From the NCBI GenBank assembly GCA_009927255.1, contig RFNJ01000124.1:1-43846 (forward strand): a stretch of 43,846 bases of DNA, written 5' to 3'. The DNA comes from Pseudomonadota bacterium. GTDB lineage: Bacteria; Pseudomonadota; Alphaproteobacteria; UBA2136; UBA6156. The notes beneath the pieces were generated by a model that saw only the letters and a list, made by a program, of their open reading frames with translations, made no database searches and was not told where the DNA came from. A program made the position numbers and the translations under genes. Shown piece by piece: positions 8,214 to 15,235 of this stretch (position 1 is the first letter of the stretch; each line of letters begins with the position of its first letter).

Positions 8214-9019
8214 TGGAGCCACTGGTGATAACTTCGGTAAATAATTCAAAGGTTAAGGAGATTGCGGGGCTGGCCTTGAAGAAAAGGCGGATTGAGAGCG
8301 GATTGTATGTTGTTGAGGGGTTACAATTGGTAGGGTTTGGGGTGGAAAATGGTTGGGTTTTGGACACTTTAGTGGTGCAAGAGTTTGAAAAACATCCGGT
8401 TTTGGTGCAGGCGCAGCGGGTGGCCAAGCAGGTTTTAGTAGTGGGGCCGGCGGTGATGGCAAAGCTGAGCCGCAAGGATAATCCGCAGGGGGTGTTGGGG
8501 GTGTTTCGGCAACGCCGATTGCCGCTGGGGCAACTGGTGCCCAAGGCGGGTGAATTATGGATTGTGCTGGAGCAGGTGCGTGACCCGGGGAACTTGGGGA
8601 CGATTATTCGCACTGTGGACGCAGTTGGGGCGACGGGGGTGATTTTACTGGGCACTTGCACCGATGTGTGGAGTGCGGAATGTGTGCGGGCGACGATGGG
8701 CAGCATCTTCCATGTGCCTATTGTGATGGCCGAGGTGGATGAATTTTTGGCGTGGCGGCGTGGGGTGGCGGGGCTGATGGTGGGGACGCATTTGCAGGGG
8801 GCGGTGGATTATCGGCAGGTGGCTAAAGAGTGGGATGCGGTAAGGTTGCCGTTATGGTTGGCAATGGGCACCGAGCAGAGTGGCCTGAGTGAAAAACTGA
8901 CGCAGGCGTGCGATATGCGGGTGAAAATTGCGATGGCAGGGCGGGCCGAAAGCTTGAACTTGGCGATGGCCACCGGCGTGTTGCTGTATGAGGTTTTGCG
9001 GAGTAAGCTGCCTGCATGA
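8213..9019 (+). CDS. TrmH/SpoU-family RNA 2'-O-methyltransferase
   Basis: ATG at 8213 overlaps the upstream TGA. Motifs PGNLGTIIRT, EQSGLS and ESLNLAMATGVLLYE. Confidence 0.85.
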   Translation: MEPLVITSVNNSKVKEIAGLALKKRRIESGLYVVEGLQLVGFGVENGWVLDTLVVQEFEKHPVLVQAQRVAKQVLVVGPAVMAKLSRKDNPQGVLGVFRQRRLPLGQLVPKAGELWIVLEQVRDPGNLGTIIRTVDAVGATGVILLGTCTDVWSAECVRATMGSIFHVPIVMAEVDEFLAWRRGVAGLMVGTHLQGAVDYRQVAKEWDAVRLPLWLAMGTEQSGLSEKLTQACDMRVKIAMAGRAESLNLAMATGVLLYEVLRSKLPA

Positions 9020-9519
9020 CAACAGATTTGCAGCGGCGGCAATTTTTACAACGCATGGTGGGAACGGTGGCAGCGGTGGTGGTTTTCCCGATGCTTGCCA
9101 AGGCGGAAGGAGTGGTGAAGATGGTGCAGGAGAATTGGAATTTAACCGCGGATGAATGGCGTAAACGTTTGACGCCAGAGCAGTTTAGAGTGTTACGCGA
9201 GCATGGCACCGAGCGGGCGGGAAGCAGCCCATTGGACAAAGAAAAGCGTGCGGGCCTTTACCATTGTGCCGGTTGTGACTTGGAGCTTTATGACGCCGCG
9301 CATAAGTATGACAGTGGGACGGGGTGGCCGAGTTTTTATCAGCCGATTCGGCCTGAGGCGATTGGCACCAGCGAAGACCGTGGCTGGCTGGGCGTGCGCA
9401 CCGAAGTGCACTGCGCACGCTGCAAGGGGCACCTTGGGCATGTGTTTGAGGATGGGCCAAAGCCGACGGGTTTGCGGTATTGTATGAATGGGGTGGCGAT
9501 GGTGTTTAAGAAGAGTTGA
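9016..9519 (+). CDS. msrB: Peptide-methionine (R)-S-oxide reductase MsrB with twin-arginine signal peptide
   Basis: The ATGA start overlaps the upstream stop. N-terminus MTTDLQRRQFLQRMVGTVAAVVVFPMLAKA. Two CxxC pairs, GTGWPSF and RYCMN motifs. Confidence 0.9.
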   Translation: MTTDLQRRQFLQRMVGTVAAVVVFPMLAKAEGVVKMVQENWNLTADEWRKRLTPEQFRVLREHGTERAGSSPLDKEKRAGLYHCAGCDLELYDAAHKYDSGTGWPSFYQPIRPEAIGTSEDRGWLGVRTEVHCARCKGHLGHVFEDGPKPTGLRYCMNGVAMVFKKS

Positions 9520-9695
9520 GGGTGTTTAGGATATTTAGGTTTTCAGGATGTTAAGGTTTTAAGATTTATTCTTCGTGCTGGTTTGGTGGAGGTGAAGCGA
9601 GGTCGTTGATGGGTCCCCGAATGGCCGAGAGTTTATTGCTTTTGATAGGTTGGTGCTTTGGCCATTCGAGGACGGGCGGTATTTTTGAGGTGGGA

Positions 9696-9800
9696 GCTTT
9701 GTGGATGGTGAGCGACACGGGTGGTGCCGGATAGGGGGTGGGCACCCCGATTTTTTGATAGAAAAAAATCGGCCCACCCGCCTTCCGGCACGGAGGATTA
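9696..9800 (+). repeat. Nested palindromic repeat, family B, copy B2
   Basis: GCTTTGTGGATGGTGAGCGACACGGGTGGTGCCGGATAG, then an inner hairpin (CCGATTTTTT/AAAAAAATCGG), then CCTTCCGGCACGGAGGA. Preceded at 9521-9695 by a TTAGG-type short repeat tract and another 8-bp stem hairpin (GAATGGCC/GGCCATTC). Confidence 0.8.
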
Positions 9801-9835
9801 GGGTTGGGTTCGTTGTAGAGAGGAGGCAAGCGATT

Positions 9836-10417
9836 TTAGAGAGTAGGGAATTGGCGCTTGGTTTTGAGGTCGGTGGCGAGGGCTTGGAGGGCTTGGTGGA
9901 GGTCGGTGAATTCGTGGGGGATTTGGCCGGATTTTATCATGGTTTGGCATTCGGCGAGGGTGAACCATTTGAAAGCTGCGGTTTCGGGTTGGGGAGTAAG
10001 TTGAGGGATGAAGGATTCGGGCACTTCGAACACATAGTAGGCGATGACGGCGTGGGAGGATGATTCTTCGAATTTTTGCTGATTATACACCTGAAAAATG
10101 TAGGTGGGTTGGCTGGGCATGTGAGTGGGATTTAGCTGGAAACCCGTTTCTTCGAAGAGTTCGCGCACGGCGGCTTGGGCGAAGGTTTCGGCCAACTGGA
10201 CTTCCAGATAACCTCCTATACTTCCCCAACAGCCTGCATGTTCGATTTTACCTGCGCGTTGGCCGAGAATAACTTTGCCTTTGCAGGTAAATATAATGGC
10301 GCTGCCAGCAGCAACTTTCATCCAGGGGCTGATGTAGTGCCATTTGCGGCCATAGATGAGGCGCAGGCACCATTGGGCCAAAGTGTAACGCCAGTCGGGT
10401 TGGATGCGGTGGGGCAT
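9836..10417 (-). CDS. NUDIX hydrolase
   Basis: Track ORF 9836..10732 trimmed to MPHRIQPDW (ATG 10417). Contains the NUDIX box E-x7-RELFEETGF. The upstream part of the ORF runs through repeat B3 and into petC. Confidence 0.75.
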   Translation of the reverse strand: MPHRIQPDWRYTLAQWCLRLIYGRKWHYISPWMKVAAGSAIIFTCKGKVILGQRAGKIEHAGCWGSIGGYLEVQLAETFAQAAVRELFEETGFQLNPTHMPSQPTYIFQVYNQQKFEESSSHAVIAYYVFEVPESFIPQLTPQPETAAFKWFTLAECQTMIKSGQIPHEFTDLHQALQALATDLKTKRQFPTL

Positions 10418-10485
10418 AAGTGGGTATGTTAGGATGATTGTATGTTGGTATGTTGAGGGTTTTTGTTTGATGAGGTGAGTTAAGC

Positions 10486-10591
10486 GCTTTGTAGAGAGTT
10501 GGCGACACGGGTGGTGCCGGATAGGTGATGGGTGCCCCAAAATTGCATAACGGCAATTTTGACCCATCATCCTTCCGGCACGGAAGGACTT
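10486..10591 (+). repeat. Nested palindromic repeat, family B, copy B3
   Basis: GCTTTGTAGAGAGTTGGCGACACGGGTGGTGCCGGATAG, then an inner hairpin (CAAAATTGC/GCAATTTTG), then CCTTCCGGCACGGAAGGA. A GTTAGG-type tract lies at about 10424-10460. Confidence 0.8.
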
Positions 10592-10602
10592 ACATTTGGT
10601 GG

Positions 10603-11325
10603 TTAATGTTTTTTGATGTCTTTCCAGATGGCGCGTTTGGTGAGGAAGGCCAGGATGGTGAAGATGAACAGGTAGATGAGCACGTAGACGCCCAGATGTT
10701 GGCGTTCGAAGCGCTCGGGCTCGGCTGTCCATTGCATGAAGGTGCTGACGTCGCGCGACATTTGATCGACAGTGGCGCTGGTGCCGTCGTGGTAGGTGAC
10801 CATATCTGGGCCGCTGAGTGGATTGGGCATGGCGATGGCATGGCCGGGGAAGTATTTGTTGAAGTGGGCGCCTTGGGGCACGCCTTCGGGGAGGTAGTGT
10901 TTGATAAGCTCGGGGTCTTCCGAGTAGCCCACCAGCACGGCGTGGGAGTAGTCGGCACCGCCAGCGCGGGCTTTGTTCATCATGGATAAGTCGGGTGGGA
11001 TTTTGCCGTAGGTTTCCTTCGCGCTCGCTTCATCGAGAGCACTGATGAGCTTGGCGTTGATATCCATATTCAGCGCTTTGGCCAGCGTTTGCACTTCGGC
11101 TTCGGTGAAGCCGACGCGCATCAGGCTGCGGTGGTTGATATATTTGAAGCTGTGGCAGGCCAAGCAAACTTGGGTGGCAACCGTATAGCCGCGGTAGATT
11201 TCGTCTTTATCCCACTTGCCTTGCAGGCCTTGGAAGGACCATTTTTCTTGCGGAACTTCTACCCCGCCGCCCGCGTGGGCGAGTGGTGTGATGAGGAAAG
11301 CAGCAAGGAGGAGGAGGTTTTTCAT
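10603..11325 (-). CDS. petC: Cytochrome c1 (bc1 complex)
   Basis: Signal peptide, CLACH heme motif, C-terminal TM anchor. Follows petB. Confidence 0.9.
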   Translation of the reverse strand: MKNLLLLAAFLITPLAHAGGGVEVPQEKWSFQGLQGKWDKDEIYRGYTVATQVCLACHSFKYINHRSLMRVGFTEAEVQTLAKALNMDINAKLISALDEASAKETYGKIPPDLSMMNKARAGGADYSHAVLVGYSEDPELIKHYLPEGVPQGAHFNKYFPGHAIAMPNPLSGPDMVTYHDGTSATVDQMSRDVSTFMQWTAEPERFERQHLGVYVLIYLFIFTILAFLTKRAIWKDIKKH

Positions 11326-11337
11326 GGGCGGTATCCG

Positions 11338-12540
11338 TTAGATGGTGGCGGGGATGGGGTGGGGTTTTTCGTACTTGGCAATGAGCGGCAGTAGCGCGAA
11401 GAAGGCGAAGTAGAAGGTGGTGGCCACTTGCGAGATGGTGACGTAAATGCCTTCCGCTGGCATGGCGCCGCACCAGCCCAGCACAAAGAAGTTGGCGACG
11501 AACAGCCAGAACATTTGCTTGTAGATGGGGCGGAAGCGGGCGGAGCGGACTTTGGACCGATCCAGCCACGGCAGCACGAACATGATGAGGATGCTGCCGA
11601 ACATGGCGAGCACGCCGAGTTCTTTAATGGGGATGGCGCGCAGGATGGCGTAGAAGGGCAGGAAGTACCATTCCGGTACGATGTGTGCGGGCGTAACCAG
11701 CGGGTTGGCGGGGATGTAGTTGTCGGGGTGGCCCAAGTATTCCGGCAGGAAGAACACCATGAAGGTGAAGGGGATGAGATAGACGCCGAGGCCGAAGACG
11801 TCTTTGGTGGTGTAATAGGGGTGGAAGGGGATGTAGTCGGATTGTTTGGTGAGGTCTATCCCCTTCGGGTTATTGGAGCCGTGCAAGTGCAGGGCCCAGA
11901 CGTGGAGGATGACCACGCCGACGATGACGAAGGGTAGGACGAAGTGGATGGCGTAGAAGCGGGTGAGGGTGGGGTCTCCGACTGAGTAGCCGCCCCACAG
12001 CCAGACGACGATATCCGGGCCGAAAAATGGGATGACGCTGAGCAGGTTGGTGATGACGGTGGCGCCCCAGTAGCTCATTTGTCCCCATGGCAGGACGTAG
12101 CCCATGAAGGCGGTGGCCATCATCAGGAGGAAGATGACCAGGCCGAGGCCCCAGAGAACTTCGCGGGGGGATTTGTAGCTGCCGTAATAAAGGCCGCGGC
12201 CGATGTGGATATAGACCACGATGAAGAAGAAGCTGGCGCCGACCATGTGCAGGTTGCGGATCAGCCAGCCCCATTCTACGTTGCGCATGATGTGCTGGAC
12301 GCTGTCGTAGGCCATGTTGACATCCGGCTTGTAGTGCATCGCCAGAAACAGGCCGGTGAGGATTTGGAGGATGAGGGCGATGCCGGCCAAGCTGCCGAAA
12401 TTCCACATATAGTTGAGGTTGCGGGGGGCTTGGTAGTCGGCCAGGTGTTCTTTAAGGAAACTCAGCAGTGGCAGGCGGTCATCGAACCAGCGGTAGGTGT
12501 TGCGGATGTCTTGTTCGACTGCTTTGTGGTGGTGGCCCAT
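11338..12540 (-). CDS. petB: Cytochrome b (bc1 complex)
   Basis: 400 aa, multi-TM, WNFGSL and [13 protein letters not shown] motifs. Confidence 0.95.
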   Translation of the reverse strand: MGHHHKAVEQDIRNTYRWFDDRLPLLSFLKEHLADYQAPRNLNYMWNFGSLAGIALILQILTGLFLAMHYKPDVNMAYDSVQHIMRNVEWGWLIRNLHMVGASFFFIVVYIHIGRGLYYGSYKSPREVLWGLGLVIFLLMMATAFMGYVLPWGQMSYWGATVITNLLSVIPFFGPDIVVWLWGGYSVGDPTLTRFYAIHFVLPFVIVGVVILHVWALHLHGSNNPKGIDLTKQSDYIPFHPYYTTKDVFGLGVYLIPFTFMVFFLPEYLGHPDNYIPANPLVTPAHIVPEWYFLPFYAILRAIPIKELGVLAMFGSILIMFVLPWLDRSKVRSARFRPIYKQMFWLFVANFFVLGWCGAMPAEGIYVTISQVATTFYFAFFALLPLIAKYEKPHPIPATI

Positions 12541-12558
12541 GGGTGGTTTTGCCTTTTG

Positions 12559-13134
12559 TTAGCCGATGCGGATGGTGGTGTCGTTGAGGAAGCGGTAGGG
12601 CGGGATTTCGAGGTTTTTGCCAGCGGGGCCTTTGACCACGCGGCCGGATAAATCGAACTGGCTGCCGTGGCAGGGGCAGCGCCAGCCGTCGGTGCCTTTC
12701 ATCGGCACGCAGCCCAAGTGGCTGCAAATGCCCATCACCACCAGCCAGTTGGGCTTTTGCACGCGGAGAGCATCGGCTTCGGGCTGGATGGTGGCGGTGG
12801 CGTCTTGCTCGGCAGCCTTGGTAACTTGCTGGGCGCTGCGGTGCCAAATAAACACTGGCTTGCCTTGCCACAGGTAGGTTTTGAAGTCGCCTTCGGGGAT
12901 TTCGGCCAAATTCACATCCAGCGTGGCCATGGCTTGCACGGCGCGGTTGGGGTTCATGCTTTGCACAAAGGGCAGTGCCACGCAGGCCGCGCCTGCCAGG
13001 CCGAGTGCGGTGGTAGTGTTGATAAGGAAGCTGCGGCGGTCGGCGTCGACATCGCCGATGGGGGCTTCGTCTTTGGCGACTTGCGAATTCAGTTTTGGGG
13101 CGGATTTGGTGGGTTTAGTTGTAGATTTGGCCAT
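12559..13134 (-). CDS. petA: Ubiquinol-cytochrome c reductase Rieske iron-sulfur subunit
   Basis: Tat-type RRSFL N-terminus. CSHLGC and CPCHGS Rieske boxes. Confidence 0.95.
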   Translation of the reverse strand: MAKSTTKPTKSAPKLNSQVAKDEAPIGDVDADRRSFLINTTTALGLAGAACVALPFVQSMNPNRAVQAMATLDVNLAEIPEGDFKTYLWQGKPVFIWHRSAQQVTKAAEQDATATIQPEADALRVQKPNWLVVMGICSHLGCVPMKGTDGWRCPCHGSQFDLSGRVVKGPAGKNLEIPPYRFLNDTTIRIG

Positions 13135-13364
13135 GGTGGGTGCTTTGGGCTTTTACTTGATTACATCGCTGACAATGGGCGCAACCTAGCAAAGCCACCC
13201 TGTGTGGGCAAGGGGGCTTGGTGATTTTGGTAACATACGTGTGGCGCAGAGGATTAGGCCAGCAGTTGCTATCATGAAGAGATTCCAGATAGCTTGGTTT
13301 TGTGGATTCGCGATGCTCATCTCACAAAACCTAAGCTTCTGGAATGACGGCCTTTTACAAAGGC

Positions 13365-13934
13365 CTAGATTTTATGCTGGGTGCTGTAGGACTTGTTGTT
13401 GAGGATGAACTGCACGCCGGTTTGGGTTTGGCTTTCCACCAGCACCGGGGCCTTCAAGTTAGCGGTGAGGTAGTAGCTTTCGCCGCTATCGTAGAGGGTG
13501 AGAATGGTGAGGAATTGGGTGGTTTTGCCGTTCAGTTTGGTTTGCTTAAGGGCATCGGTTTTATCTTCTGCGCTGATTTCGAGGCCCAACTGGGAGGGGT
13601 CGGCCACCAAAAAGGCGATGGCGGGCTGGTTGGTGCATTGCATCAGCATCAGTGGGCTAGATTCCATCCCCGGCAGTTTGGCGAGGCCGAACTGGGTGCA
13701 TTCGCGGAAGCCGAACAGGCCGTGGGGGAATGACAGCAGCAAGTTGGGGTTGAGCGTAATTTCGCCAAACTTGGTGGTGAAAGTGAGGTTGCTGGCGGAT
13801 GTTTTGCTGGCTTTGGCAGTGCTGGCGTGTGGCATGGCTTGGCCCTTGGTTGTGGTTTTGCTGGCGGTTTGGAGACTCATGTTCTTAACTTTCTTATTAT
13901 GATTTGGATTGATGGGGGGCTTGGGCGGGCGCAT
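13365..13934 (-). CDS. fliW: Flagellar assembly factor FliW with a roughly 50-aa Lys/Thr/Ser-rich N-terminal extension
   Basis: TKFGEITLNPNLLLSFPHGLFGF...FLVADP core. ATG 13934 lies 6 nt after an AAGGAG that overlaps the csrA stop. Confidence 0.8.
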   Translation of the reverse strand: MRPPKPPINPNHNKKVKNMSLQTASKTTTKGQAMPHASTAKASKTSASNLTFTTKFGEITLNPNLLLSFPHGLFGFRECTQFGLAKLPGMESSPLMLMQCTNQPAIAFLVADPSQLGLEISAEDKTDALKQTKLNGKTTQFLTILTLYDSGESYYLTANLKAPVLVESQTQTGVQFILNNKSYSTQHKI

Positions 13935-13944
13935 GGGGGGCTCC

Positions 13945-14241
13945 TTATTTTATGCCGCCCGGGCCGCGCGGGTGGCGAAGCTTTTGCAGGGCGGTGTTAA
14001 GGTTGGTGGTGGCCTCCGTTGCATTGGCGGAAGCGGGTGTTGCCAGCATGGGCTGCAAGGTTTGCGCCGCGGCTTGGTTTTCTTGCTGGATTTTGGCAAA
14101 CAGTTCTTGCCGAAAGACGGTGTTGCCGGCTGGATACTCGAAGCCTAGTTTGACGCGGCCGCCACGAACTTCGAGCACCTTGACTTCGATGCTGCCGTTG
14201 ATGACAATCCCTTCCCCTTCCCGCCGTGTAAGCAACAGCAT
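13945..14241 (-). CDS. csrA: Carbon storage regulator CsrA (flagellar type) with a long C-terminal tail
   Basis: MLLLTRREGEGIVINGSIEVKVLEVRGGRVKLGFEYPAGNTVFRQEL matches the CsrA fold consensus. 98 aa total. Confidence 0.85.
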   Translation of the reverse strand: MLLLTRREGEGIVINGSIEVKVLEVRGGRVKLGFEYPAGNTVFRQELFAKIQQENQAAAQTLQPMLATPASANATEATTNLNTALQKLRHPRGPGGIK

Positions 14242-14308
14242 GGCTAGCCTGCCCTTGCGCTGAGATGGGTGAGGTGGAGGGGGTGATGCATGCCATGAGA
14301 TTAGCCCT

Positions 14309-15220
14309 TTAGCGGAGGAAATCCAAGAGTGAAAGTTGATTCACCCGTGCGATGATTGACATACTTGCTTGCAGCGTAGCCTGCTGTTGCGAAAATTTGG
14401 TGATGGCTTCTGAGACATCGACCTTTTCAATATCGTCCAGCTGAGTGGTGAGAAATTGCTGCTGGCTGGTTTGGCGGTCTTCTACCAACTGGGCGGTATT
14501 CAGCTGGCCGCCCACTTGGCCAAGCAAGGTGCTAAGCCCTGCTTTTGCGGTGTTCAGCGTGGCAATCGCGTTATCCATTTCGGCGGTGTTGTTGGTTTGC
14601 AGGCCAAACCAGAGGGCTTCCAGCCCAGCTTTAAGTTGGGCGAAAGTCGGGTCATTCCCCAACACGCCATATTGCAGCGTGGTGCCGGGGCCAGTCACCA
14701 CCGTGGGCAGAGTGCTATCGCCCTGATAATAGGTGGTGGGGGGCGGAGAGCCGGGGAATGCGGTGGCAGTGGCGCTACCAGCAATGGGCGGCTGGGCGCC
14801 GTTGGAACCGCTGAACAGGTGCGTGCCGTTATATTGGCTTTTAAAGATGGTATAAAAACTTTCGGCCAAGCTTTGCGCCTTGGGCACCAAGGTGGCGCGG
14901 GTTTGGGGGGAGTTTTCGTTACGGGCCAAGGTGGCGGTACTGCTGGCATCGGCCAGTAAGTCGGTAAGCTGTTGCAGCGCGGCTTCGCTGGCGTTCAGTT
15001 GGTTTTTGGCGCTGACAACGTTGTTAAGGTAGGTTGCGGTTTTGGTTTTAACATCGCGCAAGTTAAGCAACTGGTTAGCGTCGGATGGAATTTCCGACAG
15101 GCTGCGGGCCTTGAGGCCAGTGGTGACTTGGTAGGTGCTTAAATCCAGCCCTTCATTCGCCTGTTGCAGCGTGCGCAGGGTGCTTTGGTTTTGGAAGGCG
15201 GTGGCGATGCGTGTGACCAT
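14309..15220 (-). CDS. flgL: Flagellar hook-associated protein 3, FlgL
   Basis: Flagellin-like N- and C-terminal helices. Position immediately after flgK. Confidence 0.8.
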   Translation of the reverse strand: MVTRIATAFQNQSTLRTLQQANEGLDLSTYQVTTGLKARSLSEIPSDANQLLNLRDVKTKTATYLNNVVSAKNQLNASEAALQQLTDLLADASSTATLARNENSPQTRATLVPKAQSLAESFYTIFKSQYNGTHLFSGSNGAQPPIAGSATATAFPGSPPPTTYYQGDSTLPTVVTGPGTTLQYGVLGNDPTFAQLKAGLEALWFGLQTNNTAEMDNAIATLNTAKAGLSTLLGQVGGQLNTAQLVEDRQTSQQQFLTTQLDDIEKVDVSEAITKFSQQQATLQASMSIIARVNQLSLLDFLR

Positions 15221-15235
15221 AATTTTGCCCTTTGC

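Noticed and set aside
9521-10591. Interpretation of the structured repeats as integron attC sites or a gene-cassette array
   Set aside because: Tempting features are structure-not-sequence conservation, a one-sided bulge, and GTTAGGT matching GTTRRRY. However, the GTTAGG tracts are tandem and lie outside the hairpin base rather than forming R'/R'' boxes. No intI is in the window. The bracketed genes are interspersed with core operons rather than forming a co-oriented array.
10418-10732. N-terminal extension of the NUDIX ORF (track ORF 9836..10732)
   Set aside because: The extension runs through repeat B3 and overlaps the 3' end of petC. The NUDIX-fold homology only begins after MPHRIQ (ATG 10417).
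13349-13365. Hairpin GGCCTTT-TAC-AAAGGCC at the fliW stop as a terminator
   Set aside because: It has only a 7-bp AT-containing stem with a 3-nt loop, and no T-run follows on the minus strand. It is too weak to annotate.
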